Positions 27,540-38,147 are shown, numbered from the stretch's first letter. The stretch: 64,000 bases of DNA from an uncultured Desulfatitalea sp. (GCA_963668675.2 CAXXMB010000002.1:2272001-2336000), one strand, 5' to 3'. The notes: a model not told the origin generated them from the letters alone. Translations and numbers: made by a program.

Positions 27540-27569
27540 AACGGCATACCGGCAAAACAGGTTGATTCG

Positions 27570-28946
27570 ATGAGCAATCCCATCATATTGGTCGACGACG
27601 ACCGTGACTACCTGGAGCTTCTGGCTGGGAAGCTGCGCGACCTGGGCTTCGGCAACCTCTATCTGGTGGATGACCCGCTGGAGGCCGCTGCCGCCTTCGA
27701 CAGCGGAGTGCCCTACGACCTGGCCCTTATCGACATGACCATGCCCGAAATGGATGGCATGGCCCTGCTCGACCATATCAAGAACACCAGCCCGGGCACC
27801 GAGTGCATCATGGTCACGGCCATCAACGAGGCCCGCACCGCCGTGGACTGCCTGCGGCGGGGCGCATACGACTACCTGGTCAAGCCGGTGGCCAAGGATG
27901 TCCTGGCCCTCACCCTGCCCCGGGCACTGGAACGCAAGCGCCTGCTGGACATATTGGATCTGGAAAAGGGACAGACCCATCCCGAATTGCTCAATCCGGT
28001 CCCCTTCGAACCGATCATCACCCAGTCGGAGGCCATGCACCGCATCATCAAAGAGGCCGAGCTGCACGCGGCCAGCAATGTGCCCATTCTCATTACCGGC
28101 GAGAGCGGCACGGGCAAGGAGCTGCTCGCCCGGGCCATCCACACGGCCAGTGTCCGGGCGCAATATCCTTTTACACCGATCAACATGGCCTCGATCTCCG
28201 CAAATCTTTTCGAGGCGGAGTTTTTCGGCCACACCCGGGGCGCCTTTACCGGCGCAGCGTCTTCGCGCACCGGCTTTCTGGAGCATACCCACCGAGGCAC
28301 CCTCTTTTTAGACGAAATCGGCGACCTGCCCCTGGAGCTGCAGGGCAAACTGCTGCGGGTGCTGCAGGAGGGCGAGTTCTCCCGGGTGGGCAGCAGCGAG
28401 CGCACCAAGGTGGACCTGCGCTTCATCGCGGCCACCAACGAGGACCTGGACCGCATGATGAAGCGCAAGGCGTTTCGCAAAGATCTTTACTACCGTATTC
28501 GCGGGGGCTGGCTGCATCTGCCGCCCTTGCGCGAACGGCCCGATGACATTCCCCTGTTGGCCGATGCTTTTCTCGCCAAATATGAAGAGCGCCCCACAGG
28601 CAAACGGCGCATGGCGCCGGGAGCGCTGGAGCGGCTCATGGCCTATGGTTGGCCGGGAAACGTGCGGGAACTTAAATCGATCATTCAATCCGCTGCCAAC
28701 CTGGCCCAGAACAAGCCCATCGACCTGGTTCACCTGCCCGAACACATTCGCATGCTGCCCAAAGGGCCCAAGGCCGCCGGCAGAGAGGCGACCGGCCAAC
28801 CGATGCGGCCGCTGGCAGAGGTGGAAAAAGAGCACATCTTGTCGATCTACAACATGCTCGATCAGAACAAATCACAGGCGGCCAAAGTGCTCGGCATCGG
28901 GTTAAACACCCTCCGGCGAAAATTGGCGTCCTATGAAACCAAATAG
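27570..28946 (+). CDS. NtrC-family sigma-54-dependent response regulator
   Basis: REC domain, GESGTGKE, GAFTGA, WPGNVREL, Fis-type HTH. The longer ORF start reads through the REP. Confidence 0.95.
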   Translation: MSNPIILVDDDRDYLELLAGKLRDLGFGNLYLVDDPLEAAAAFDSGVPYDLALIDMTMPEMDGMALLDHIKNTSPGTECIMVTAINEARTAVDCLRRGAYDYLVKPVAKDVLALTLPRALERKRLLDILDLEKGQTHPELLNPVPFEPIITQSEAMHRIIKEAELHAASNVPILITGESGTGKELLARAIHTASVRAQYPFTPINMASISANLFEAEFFGHTRGAFTGAASSRTGFLEHTHRGTLFLDEIGDLPLELQGKLLRVLQEGEFSRVGSSERTKVDLRFIAATNEDLDRMMKRKAFRKDLYYRIRGGWLHLPPLRERPDDIPLLADAFLAKYEERPTGKRRMAPGALERLMAYGWPGNVRELKSIIQSAANLAQNKPIDLVHLPEHIRMLPKGPKAAGREATGQPMRPLAEVEKEHILSIYNMLDQNKSQAAKVLGIGLNTLRRKLASYETK

Positions 28947-28985
28947 GTGTATGGGCACGACGCATCTTTCCCATACACCGTTTTA
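28946..28985 (+). terminator. Probable terminator hairpin
   Basis: GGTGTATGGG...CCCATACACC followed by GTTTT. Confidence 0.5.
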
Positions 28986-29034
28986 TGTATTACCTATTAG
29001 GACAGATTGAAATTACACCATAATATAATACGCT

Positions 29035-30012
29035 ATGAATCCATCCACGAATAAAATCATGCCCCTTACAGCGGCCATCCAACGTTTTGTGAGCGACGGC
29101 TGTCATTTATCGGTTGGCGGCTTCACCATCAACCGCAATCCCATGGCAGCCGTGTATGAAATGATTCGCCAACGCAGACGAGGCCTGCATCTTTATGCCC
29201 ACTCCAACGGCCAGGCGGTGGACGAACTGATTGGCGCGGGTTGTGTGGTGCGGCTGGAGATCGCCTATGGTGGATCGGGTCTCTTTGCACCCACCTGTGT
29301 TCGCTTTCGCCGGGCGGTGGAGACTGGCATGCTGGTGGTCGAAGACTACACCAATTATCAGATGACCATGCGGTTTGCTGCCGGCGCAATGGGTGTGCCC
29401 TTCCTGCCGGTGCGCTCGGGTCTGGGCACCGACATCGTCAACCGGTGGGGATTTGGTGAGCAGATGCGCAGAAGCGATCCCAAGCTGCCCGATCAGAAGT
29501 TGATGGTGATGGACAACCCCTTCGGAAGGTGGAGCGGGACCGACAAGGTGGTGCTGGTGCCGGCCATCACCCCTGATGTCACCATCCTCCACGTACAGGC
29601 AGCCGATCGCGCCGGTACTGTGAGCATTCAGGGTCTGCCCTTTGCCGACGTGGAGCAGGCCAAGGCGGCAAGGTGCGTCATCGTGACTTGCGAAACCATA
29701 GTGGAGGAAAGCGCTCTGCGGCAGAACCCGGGAGCCAACCAGATTCCCTTCTTCTGCGTGGATGCGGTGGTGCCGGTGCCCATGGGGGCCTATCCGACGG
29801 CCTGCTACCACTACTACGATTACGATCCGGTGTTTCTGAAGAACTATCGCCGCTGGGCCGAGGATGATGGCCGTTATCAAGACTACCTTCAGCGGTCGGT
29901 ATACGGCACGAAAGACCATGCTGAATTTCTCAAACAACAGGCGCCGGAAGTCCTGGAAAAGATTAAAGCCGATCGGCGCACAGGGTATGCGGTGGGGCTC
30001 GATAGAAGATGA
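29035..30012 (+). CDS. gctA: CoA-transferase subunit A (glutaconate CoA-transferase-like)
   Basis: GGFTINRNP, EDYTNY, AGAMGVPFLP, LHVQAAD motifs. Confidence 0.82.
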   Translation: MNPSTNKIMPLTAAIQRFVSDGCHLSVGGFTINRNPMAAVYEMIRQRRRGLHLYAHSNGQAVDELIGAGCVVRLEIAYGGSGLFAPTCVRFRRAVETGMLVVEDYTNYQMTMRFAAGAMGVPFLPVRSGLGTDIVNRWGFGEQMRRSDPKLPDQKLMVMDNPFGRWSGTDKVVLVPAITPDVTILHVQAADRAGTVSIQGLPFADVEQAKAARCVIVTCETIVEESALRQNPGANQIPFFCVDAVVPVPMGAYPTACYHYYDYDPVFLKNYRRWAEDDGRYQDYLQRSVYGTKDHAEFLKQQAPEVLEKIKADRRTGYAVGLDRR

Positions 30013-30779
30013 CGCGATATACATCACGTGAAATGATGGCAGTGGCTGCGGCCCGGGAGATCCGGGACGGAGAGATTGTCTTTTGCGGAACTGGCATTTC
30101 CATGTTGGCGGCGATGGCGGCAAAGCGCATTAGCGCGCCCAACAGCGTTATTTTCTTCGAGACAGGTGCCGTGGATGCTTCACTGGAAGAGATTCCCATG
30201 GCGGTTGGGGATTCACGGGTGATGCTCGGCGCAGCGCTGCACGGCAGCCTGGCCGATGCGTTCGCCTTTATGCAGAACCGAACCACCGGGCGCCGGGTGG
30301 TGGGCATCCTCGGTGCGGCCCAGATTGATCCATACGGCAACCTCAACTCCACGGCCATCGGAGATTACCACCACCCCAAAGTGCGTTTTTCCGGTAGCGG
30401 CGGTGCCTGCGATGTGGGTTCGTTTGTCTCCCGAAGCATTATTTTTATGCAGCATGCCCGCCGGAAATTTGTTTCCCGGCTCGACTACCTCACCTGCCCT
30501 GGTTGGTTGGATGGACCTGATGGGCGCCAAAAGGCCGGTTTGCCGGGTGGTGGGCCTGCCGCAGTGATCACCGATCTGGCCATAATGCGCTTCGATGAGG
30601 AGACGCGTCGCATGTACCTGGCCGGCATCTACCCCGGCGTCGATACGGATAGGATCCTGGACAACATGGGGTTTGAAGTGGATATGAGCCGCGTGGAGAC
30701 GGTACCGCCGCCGTCACCAGAGGAGTTGGTCATTCTGAGAGAGCGATGCGATCCCCAGAGATTGATACTAGGGAATTGA
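30009..30779 (+). CDS. gctB: CoA-transferase subunit B
   Basis: FETG, GAAQIDPYGNLNST, GSGGACD motifs. Confidence 0.82.
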   Translation: MTRYTSREMMAVAAAREIRDGEIVFCGTGISMLAAMAAKRISAPNSVIFFETGAVDASLEEIPMAVGDSRVMLGAALHGSLADAFAFMQNRTTGRRVVGILGAAQIDPYGNLNSTAIGDYHHPKVRFSGSGGACDVGSFVSRSIIFMQHARRKFVSRLDYLTCPGWLDGPDGRQKAGLPGGGPAAVITDLAIMRFDEETRRMYLAGIYPGVDTDRILDNMGFEVDMSRVETVPPPSPEELVILRERCDPQRLILGN

Positions 30780-31172
30780 TTTTTTTAATGTTTCAAGGCG
30801 GCTGTCATCGAACAAAAGAAAAGATCGCAGCAGGTTCCAATTTTTCTTGTAGACTATCTGCAACTCGAATATGGTCGCCTTTCATCACGGCTTGCCGAAA
30901 ATGGAGCTGAAACACAGCTCTCATCAATATCGAAACAATCCATTATCAATCATTAGACAGACTGGCTTATAAAGGCCATTGACAACCAGGCGACAGGGAA
31001 AATCCATTACCGAAATTGAGCCGTTCGGACGGGCCATCAATAGTGCGCTTATGTTTCGTAGCTGGTTTCCTATGCCATTTTTGGGGACCAAAAAAGGTGG
31101 TCATAAAATGGCGGGGCTGAAAACATGTCGGTCGGGAATGAACCGCTATAACTTTTACTGTCAGGAGGCAAA

Positions 31173-31667
31173 ATGAAGGAATTTAAAAGAATATTGGCTG
31201 CCTGTGATCTTTCCGAATATACGGATGTCGTGTTGGATACAGCTGTCGGCCTTGCGGTTGCGAGCGGGGCTGATTTGTATCTGATCAATGTCATCAACCA
31301 GCGGGACATCGATTCCATGCGGGCAGCGCTTGGGAAGATCACGCAAGGCTATGAAGACTTTCCCGTCTCTATCTCCCAATACCGGGTGGACATGGAAGGC
31401 GAGCGGCTTCAATCGTTGCGCGAGGCGTCAAAAAGAGCGGCCGGATCCAAGTGCAAGTGCGACTACGTCGTTAAGGTGGGCGTTCCCTTTCAACAAATTT
31501 TGGAAACCATCGGCGAGTATGGGGTCGACCTTCTGGTGATGGGGACCAAGGGGCGCTCGAATCTGAGCGACGTGTTGCTTGGATCGACGGCCGAAAAGCT
31601 GTTTCGTCGTTGCCCGGTTCCGTTGCTCAGTGTGAGGCTTGGTGATCAGCAGAGAACCGTGGCTTAA
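31173..31667 (+). CDS. Universal stress protein
   Basis: [27 protein letters not shown]. Confidence 0.93.
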   Translation: MKEFKRILAACDLSEYTDVVLDTAVGLAVASGADLYLINVINQRDIDSMRAALGKITQGYEDFPVSISQYRVDMEGERLQSLREASKRAAGSKCKCDYVVKVGVPFQQILETIGEYGVDLLVMGTKGRSNLSDVLLGSTAEKLFRRCPVPLLSVRLGDQQRTVA

Positions 31668-31738
31668 ATTATCCCTCAGGTTGATAGGTTTGCCAGGTGG
31701 ATTGTTGTTGGCTAACATTTTTTAAAGACAGATAAAGG

Positions 31739-33670
31739 ATGTTAAACATGTCGGAACTTTCCTCGGATACGATATCAGCCAAGGCAGGCATAAAAATGCC
31801 CCCCGATGACCAGCCGTTGTCAAAGGGGCTAAAAAAACCTGCCGCAGGATATGACAAGTATATCAATTGGAAGATTTTTTTCGTACCGGTACTTCTCTTT
31901 TTCGGCCTTTTGTTTCTGCCGACACCTGATGCCATGAAGGATGTGGGCGCCGAATATCAGGTTGGTCCTAAAGCGGTCAAATCCTACATTGTTGCCACTT
32001 TGTTCAACGCGGAACTAAACCAATCGGAACAGTGGCAGCTGTTGACTGCAAACATCATGGAGCAAAACATGCGTATGGGAGCGCTGACCAGAGACCGCTT
32101 CCTGAAGCGCGATGTGAAATGGTGTAAAAAATACAAGATCGTTGTCGAAGAGGACAATCTGCAGCAGGCCAAGGGGTATATTGAGGGGAAGATCACCGAC
32201 GAGGCGTATCTTACCCTTATGAAAGCATCCTTTGACCTTCGCACCAAAGGACTGGATTATAAGGCGCTTTCGGGAATGGACAGAGCGGCTGCAGACCGTG
32301 GCGCCTGGGGGATCAAGGTGTCGATTGCAATGGCCGTGTTCGTGGTCATCTGCTTCCTCACGGAGTGCATTCCATTGCCGGGGGTTGCCTTTTGCGTGGG
32401 ACTGATTCTCATTTTTACCGGTGTCCTGCCTTATGAAGAGGTTGCCGGTCTTTATTGGAGCGATTCGGTATGGTTTATCATGGGCAGTCTCATGTTTGCG
32501 GCGGCTTTCGTTAAAACGGGGGTGGACAAACGTGTCTGCCTGATGATGTTCAACAAACTCGCCGTTCCGAACGTGCGCTGGATCAGTCTGGTCATGTTCG
32601 TGGTGATCGCGCCGGCGGCCGCCTTTGTGTCGGACCATGCGCTGGCCGCAATGTTTCTTCCCATCGGCATGCTGCTCTATGAAAACAGCCTGACCAAAGA
32701 GATACCCGAGGACCCCCAGCTGGGCAAACTTCTGATGATGACCATCGTCATGGCGTGCAATATCGGTGGACCGGGAGCCCCTTCGGGCGGCGCCCGAAAC
32801 GTCATCATGGTGGGATATCTGAGGGATATGTTCGGATACGACATCGGCTTTTTTCAATGGGTCACCTATTGCTTTCCCTTCGTCGTCGTCATGATCCCGG
32901 TGGCCTGGATTTTGATCAACTGGTTGTTCAAGCCCCGCGTCCACTCCCTGGCACCGGCTATGGATCATCTGAGAAATGAGATCGTTCGAATGGGGAGATG
33001 GAACGCCAAACAGATATGGGCGCTCATCATCTTCGTCGCGATGCTGTTTCTCTGGTTTACTGAAAAGGATCTCTACGAAGCGGGTATCCTGCCCATACGG
33101 ATGGGGGTTGGCGTGGTCGCGGTCGGCGGCGCCATTGCCTATTTGCTGGCCGGCGTGGTGAACTGGAGGGACTACCAGCAGAAGGTGGACTGGGGCGTCG
33201 TCTGGCTCTATGCGGGCGCCATCATTTTCGGGCGCACACTGGACAGTACGGGGGCTGCCTACTGGCTTGCCCGAACGGCCACCGACGCGCTGGCACCTTT
33301 GGGGATGGACTCCGGATTGCCCCTGCTGGCCGTCAGTAACGGTTTGACGGCCGTGGTCACCAACCTGATGGCCGATGGGCCTGCGGCCGCGGCCATAGGT
33401 CCGGTTACGCTGAACATTGCCGCGCTCGTTCATCCAGGATCGACCTTTTTGCCTTTCATGGCGATGTCAACCGCCATCGCCTCATCTTTTGCTTACTGTT
33501 TGATCATTGGCACCCCGCCCAACGCCATCATTTACTCCAGCGGATACGTTACCGCAAAAGACTTCTTGCGAATGGGTGTGACACTTTGGGTTGCATCCCA
33601 AATCGTACTGCTGGCGCTCAATGCCTTATATTGGCAGTTTAGAGGATTCGGTGGTTTGCCGGGTTTTTAG
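31739..33670 (+). CDS. SLC13/DASS-family anion transporter
   Basis: Multiple TMs, PSGGARN, DWGVVWL, GTPPNAI; extra N-terminal soluble loop. Confidence 0.9.
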   Translation: MLNMSELSSDTISAKAGIKMPPDDQPLSKGLKKPAAGYDKYINWKIFFVPVLLFFGLLFLPTPDAMKDVGAEYQVGPKAVKSYIVATLFNAELNQSEQWQLLTANIMEQNMRMGALTRDRFLKRDVKWCKKYKIVVEEDNLQQAKGYIEGKITDEAYLTLMKASFDLRTKGLDYKALSGMDRAAADRGAWGIKVSIAMAVFVVICFLTECIPLPGVAFCVGLILIFTGVLPYEEVAGLYWSDSVWFIMGSLMFAAAFVKTGVDKRVCLMMFNKLAVPNVRWISLVMFVVIAPAAAFVSDHALAAMFLPIGMLLYENSLTKEIPEDPQLGKLLMMTIVMACNIGGPGAPSGGARNVIMVGYLRDMFGYDIGFFQWVTYCFPFVVVMIPVAWILINWLFKPRVHSLAPAMDHLRNEIVRMGRWNAKQIWALIIFVAMLFLWFTEKDLYEAGILPIRMGVGVVAVGGAIAYLLAGVVNWRDYQQKVDWGVVWLYAGAIIFGRTLDSTGAAYWLARTATDALAPLGMDSGLPLLAVSNGLTAVVTNLMADGPAAAAIGPVTLNIAALVHPGSTFLPFMAMSTAIASSFAYCLIIGTPPNAIIYSSGYVTAKDFLRMGVTLWVASQIVLLALNALYWQFRGFGGLPGF

Positions 33671-33700
33671 ACGGCTGGAAATGAGAAAGGACAAACCGTG

Positions 33701-33859
33701 ATGGAATCAGAAAAGAAAAGAGAAGAGAAAAAAGAAAAGAAGATCCTTTTTCAGGATGGAAAGATTTACTTCAGCCGCTCCAGTGAACGTTTGTTTTTCT
33801 TGATCATGACGGTTCTTATGGCGGCCATCGGGCTCATTTTTGACGGCCCCTTCATATGA
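33701..33859 (+). CDS. Small single-TM protein (52 aa)
   Basis: MESEKKREEKKEKKILFQDGKIYFSRSSERLFFLIMTVLMAAIGLIFDGPFI; AAGGA RBS; ATGA overlap with the next gene. Confidence 0.7.
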   Translation: MESEKKREEKKEKKILFQDGKIYFSRSSERLFFLIMTVLMAAIGLIFDGPFI

Positions 33860-34383
33860 AAGCGTTGAATATGAAGATTGCCACTTCCGGCATCGCCTCC
33901 CTGGGCAAAAGCAGCGGCGCGCTTTTAACAGCACCCGGGCGCTTTTTCAGCCATGAAGATAAAAGCGCTCGCTGGTTGCATGCATTGTTGCTGTTGACGC
34001 TGTCATCCCTGCTCGCTTCCGGGGCCTCCCAGTTGTTCAAACCGCCGGAGGCATCATGGCTCAATGCCGGCCTTTTTGTCTTCAATGCCATTGGAATTGT
34101 CCTGATTTCAACCCTGTTTGGATTTTTGATCCTAAGGATCATTCCTGCAGTGTCGATGTCATTTGGGCGTGTGTTCAGCATCTATGCCTTTGCCGGAAGT
34201 CTGCCCATACTCATCTCCTGGATTCCAGGCGCAATTTTGTTAACGGAGGCATGGAAATGGTGGCTGATCGGCATAGGTTTGAACCGTGGTGGACTGCTGT
34301 GGTGGCAAGTCGCTGCCGTCATCGTCGGCTCTTTTGCTCTGACGATGCTCTTTTTGTCTTTGTTGATTTTGCTGTCACGATAG
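33856..34383 (+). CDS. YIP1-like membrane protein
   Basis: LLTAPGRFFS start motif, about 5 TMs. Confidence 0.7.
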   Translation: MKALNMKIATSGIASLGKSSGALLTAPGRFFSHEDKSARWLHALLLLTLSSLLASGASQLFKPPEASWLNAGLFVFNAIGIVLISTLFGFLILRIIPAVSMSFGRVFSIYAFAGSLPILISWIPGAILLTEAWKWWLIGIGLNRGGLLWWQVAAVIVGSFALTMLFLSLLILLSR

Positions 34384-34438
34384 AGGCGTAAAACCCGATT
34401 TGACTTCTCCACGCCGTGGAGGACAGGAGGGATAGATA

Positions 34439-35341
34439 ATGGAGCAGCCGATTAAAGTGCTTATGGTGGATGATGAAAAGCAGCTTCGTGAAACAACCAA
34501 GAAAATACTAGAAAACAGGGGATTTCAAGTGACGTTGGCCGAAACCGGCGAAGAGGCGCTCGAAAAGCTGAAAGAAAAACCCCATGTCGCCATTATCGAT
34601 TACAAAATGCCCGGCATGGACGGCTATGAACTGATCGATAGAATTCATGGCCAATATCCGGATCTGCCGGTGATCATGTTGACCGGTTACGGGACATTGA
34701 CATCGGCGCGGCAGGCGTTGACCCAAGGTGCTTTTGATTTTCTCACCAAACCGTGTGACATCTCTTTGTTGTCGTCGCGCATCCGAGACGCTTATCAGCA
34801 TGGCCGGCAACACACCGTTGCCGCCGAAAGGACGGTGGGCGATGTCATGATCCCCATAGCGGAGTATACGGTGCTGCACTACAGCACCACTGTCCGCGAT
34901 GCGGTCAGTGCGTTGAAAGCGTCCTTTGCCTCCAAAATGGCCACCAGCCGCCTGATGGAGACCGGACATCGGTCGGTGCTGGTAACCGACACTGATGGTG
35001 TGCTGGTCGGGCTGGTCTCGATTCGCGGGCTTCTGAGAGCCACCATCCCCAGCTACATAACAGCCCCTAAACCGTCCATGGCGGACTCGGTGCAGTACCG
35101 GCCGGCCTTTTGGAGTGACATGTATACGCACCAGATCAGAAAAATCGCCGATCATGAAATAAAGACCGTGATGGATCCTGCACCGGCCACCATCAATGTG
35201 GCCACCACTTTGATGGAGGCCACCTATATGATGCTGGAGAAAAATGCCCGGCGATTGGCCGTGCTTTCCGAGGGGGTGTTGGCCGGGGTCATTCGCGAGC
35301 AGGATCTGTTTTTTGAAATGGAACGCATTTTAGCCACTTGA
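34439..35341 (+). CDS. Response regulator with CBS-domain pair
   Basis: VLMVDDE..DYKMPG..TKP, then TVGDVMIP..GVIREQDLF. Confidence 0.9.
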   Translation: MEQPIKVLMVDDEKQLRETTKKILENRGFQVTLAETGEEALEKLKEKPHVAIIDYKMPGMDGYELIDRIHGQYPDLPVIMLTGYGTLTSARQALTQGAFDFLTKPCDISLLSSRIRDAYQHGRQHTVAAERTVGDVMIPIAEYTVLHYSTTVRDAVSALKASFASKMATSRLMETGHRSVLVTDTDGVLVGLVSIRGLLRATIPSYITAPKPSMADSVQYRPAFWSDMYTHQIRKIADHEIKTVMDPAPATINVATTLMEATYMMLEKNARRLAVLSEGVLAGVIREQDLFFEMERILAT

Positions 35342-35350
35342 AATGTGGCA

Positions 35351-35806
35351 CTATCCGGAAAGAGAGCTGAAAGCGGTTTTACCCGCCTGCAAAACCTGCA
35401 GTTGAACTTCACCGACCGGGTTTCCGTCAATATCGGCGGCGGCGGTGATCTCCTTGTACTGATCCACGGCCATTGTCGTATCGCTTCGAATGGTGATGCA
35501 CGTCCCCCCAGGGAGGCGGTCGATTGAGAAGTGGGCCCGCTTAATGCCCACCAGCCATCCGCCGCTTTGGCCTCGCTGCTCCTCGGGTTTCGCTGTTTCC
35601 GACCATCCCAGGCAGACGCCGGCGGTTTGGGCGGCCAGTTCGATCAGGACGATGGGGTTGGCGCCGTCGGCCGTCATCAGGGGCCAGTCTGGGCTTACCG
35701 TCGCCCGGGTCACGGCATGATCCTGGTCGACCGATACAATGGTGTCGATCAGACGCATGCGTTGGCGGTGGGGGATGAGTGTTTCAATGGGGGGTGTCTC
35801 TTTCAT
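35351..35806 (-). CDS. Hotdog-fold 3-hydroxyacyl-ACP dehydratase-like protein (ApeP-like)
   Basis: LIPHRQRMRLID, IELAAQT, GWLVGIK motifs; start uncertain (35806-35836). Confidence 0.78.
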   Translation of the reverse strand: MKETPPIETLIPHRQRMRLIDTIVSVDQDHAVTRATVSPDWPLMTADGANPIVLIELAAQTAGVCLGWSETAKPEEQRGQSGGWLVGIKRAHFSIDRLPGGTCITIRSDTTMAVDQYKEITAAADIDGNPVGEVQLQVLQAGKTAFSSLSG

Positions 35807-36004
35807 CGCTTTCATTTTCATGGGTCGCTTATGCATTTTTTAACGGGGCCGGCGTTGCCTCCGCTTGCTCGGTGTCTTATTGTAAAAATCGGATTTTATG
35901 TTGAAATCCTTGGTAATCCAATATATCGGAAGGGTTATACGGTAATTGGACGGTCCTGTAAAGAGGGCCCGCCATACGACAGCCGCTGCGATTGGGGTGG
36001 GGTG

Positions 36005-36430
36005 ATGAAGATAGACGATGTGCCACAAGATGACAACCGAACCTTCAAGGGCTACGGTACCAAAGCGGTCTATGCGGTGGACGAGCAGGGGCGCTACACC
36101 AAAACCGCCACGAGTGGCTGGGCGGTGGAGGAAGTGGTGCTGCGGGATGTGCTCGACGATTTCGATGCCCTGGCCGTGGATGCAAAAAACCGCGCCCTTA
36201 GGGGGGAGGCCTCACCCATTGCATTTTTCCTATACCGCCGTTTGATGGATCTGCCCAGTCTGGCCAGGGCCATGGGCTTGGCCAAATGGCGGGTTCGGCG
36301 CCACCTCAAAGCCAAGGTGTTTAAGCGGCTGAACACTGCCCTGCTCCAGCAATACGCCGATCTGTTTCGCATCGATCTGACTGCGCTGACGCACTTCAAG
36401 GAGACCACGGATATTGAACCTGATCACTAA
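36005..36430 (+). CDS. Conserved hypothetical protein with HTH-like C-terminus
   Basis: MKIDDVPQD..YAVDEQGRY..SGWAVEE..MDLPSLA; overlaps the next gene. Confidence 0.8.
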   Translation: MKIDDVPQDDNRTFKGYGTKAVYAVDEQGRYTKTATSGWAVEEVVLRDVLDDFDALAVDAKNRALRGEASPIAFFLYRRLMDLPSLARAMGLAKWRVRRHLKAKVFKRLNTALLQQYADLFRIDLTALTHFKETTDIEPDH

Positions 36431-37418
36431 TTACCAGCACCAGCACTTCGCCCACTGTGAAAGCGGCGTCATGGCCACTCTTTTGAAGTACAGGGGCATG
36501 GAGCTTTCCGAACCGATGGTGTTCGGGCTTTCGGGCGCGCTCTGTTTCGCATTTTTGCCCTTTATGAAGTTTGGCAACATGCCCCTTGTCTCATACCGTA
36601 TGTTCCCCGGCCATATCGTCAAGGCGCTTCCCAAACGGATGGGCATCTCCTACCTTCGCAAGCGTTACAAGAATCCCGACCAGGCCATGCAGGAGCTGGA
36701 CGACTATCTGGAGAAGGAGCAGTTGGTCGGGCTTCAGACATCGGCCTACCACACGACCTACTTCCCACCGGAGATGCGCTTCCAGTTCAACGCCCACAAC
36801 ATCATCATCGTGGGCAAGGAGGGGGATGAGTACCTGGTCAGCGATCCGGTGTTCGACAGCATCCAGCGCATCCAGGCGGTCGACCTGAAGCTGGCCCGCT
36901 TCGCCAAAGGGCTCAGCGCGCCCCGGGGATTGGCCCACTATCCGCTGGAGGTGCCTGACCCGGAGCAGGTGGATCGGGTGAAACTGATCAAGACGGCGAT
37001 CAAAAAGACCGTGAACATGATGCTCTACGCGCCAGTGCCGTGGATCGGCATCAAGGGAATCAACTACCTGGCCAGGCGCGTGGCGAAGCTCTCCTCCAGG
37101 GGGGATGCGCGCTACACAAGGCTCTTTTTAGGCAACGTCGTGCGCATGCAGGAGGAGATCGGTACCGGCGGCGGCGGCTTTCGTTTCATGTATGCTTCAT
37201 TTCTGCAGGAGGCCTTCCAGGAGACCGGCTGGCAGGTGCTTCAGGAGGCTTCGGAGCGCATGACGGCGGTCGGAGATGCATGGCGGGGATTTGCCCTGGC
37301 GTGCGCCCAGATGGTAAAAAAGAGCAGCAGTGCCGAGCCGGCTGAAATTGCACCGCTGTTGAGGCAGTGTGGCGAAAATGAACGGCAGCTTTACAAGTTG
37401 CTGAAAAGTGCCGTATAA
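36414..37418 (+). CDS. BtrH / papain-like peptidase C39-related protein
   Basis: AHCESG (Cys), FNAHN (His), VSDP (Asp), MQEEIGTGGGGFR. Confidence 0.83.
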   Translation: MNLITNYQHQHFAHCESGVMATLLKYRGMELSEPMVFGLSGALCFAFLPFMKFGNMPLVSYRMFPGHIVKALPKRMGISYLRKRYKNPDQAMQELDDYLEKEQLVGLQTSAYHTTYFPPEMRFQFNAHNIIIVGKEGDEYLVSDPVFDSIQRIQAVDLKLARFAKGLSAPRGLAHYPLEVPDPEQVDRVKLIKTAIKKTVNMMLYAPVPWIGIKGINYLARRVAKLSSRGDARYTRLFLGNVVRMQEEIGTGGGGFRFMYASFLQEAFQETGWQVLQEASERMTAVGDAWRGFALACAQMVKKSSSAEPAEIAPLLRQCGENERQLYKLLKSAV

Positions 37419-37514
37419 CATCGTCAATTGGAAGCTAAGTCGGCGACTCACTGTGGTTGGCTTCACCGCAACCTCACACTCTGCTTTACACTTTAAACCC
37501 CTGGCGTTATCGGG

Positions 37515-38147
37515 ATGACACGTCCGCCTGTTCGAGTGATGGATTTGGATACCTATATTGCATGCCACGATTGCGATCTGCTTCATCGGCGGCAGACCAT
37601 GCCGACCGTCGGCGTGGCCACCTGTTCGCGCTGTGGCGCAGTGCTTTACCGCAACCGTCGCAACAGCCTGGACCGGACGCTGGCCATGGCGGTCTGCGGT
37701 GTAATTCTCTTCGTCATCGCCAACCTCTTCCCTTTCCTGACCCTGAGTTTCGAAGGGCAGGTGCAGGAGACGACCCTGGTCACCGGTATAATGGAGCTGT
37801 ATCGCCAGGGAATGACATCTCTGGCCGTGCTGGTGCTGGCGACCGGCGTTGTCTTTCCCCTGGTCGAGTTGGCCGGCCTGATCTATCTGCTGCTGCCGCT
37901 CAAATTCGATCGCAAGCCATGGGGGATGGCCGTTGTGTTTCGCGTGGTGCGGTCGCTTCAGCCGTGGGGGATGACGGAAGTATTTCTGCTGGGCATTCTG
38001 GTCTCCATCGTCAAGTTGGCCAGTATGGCTTCGGTAATTCCCGGTGTGGCCCTGTTTGCGTTTTTGGCATTGATCTTTGTGGTGGCGGCCACCGCCGCAT
38101 CATTGAATCCGGATATTGTATGGGAACGCTTGACGATCGAGACATAG
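37515..38147 (+). CDS. pqiA: Paraquat-inducible protein A (first half)
   Basis: CHDCD..CSRCG, ANLFPFL, PWGMTEV. Confidence 0.9.
   Translation: MTRPPVRVMDLDTYIACHDCDLLHRRQTMPTVGVATCSRCGAVLYRNRRNSLDRTLAMAVCGVILFVIANLFPFLTLSFEGQVQETTLVTGIMELYRQGMTSLAVLVLATGVVFPLVELAGLIYLLLPLKFDRKPWGMAVVFRVVRSLQPWGMTEVFLLGILVSIVKLASMASVIPGVALFAFLALIFVVAATAASLNPDIVWERLTIET

Noticed and set aside
31071..31084. TATGCCATTTTTGG, similar to the 27423 enhancer motif
   Set aside because: Single imperfect copy with no sigma-54 promoter nearby.
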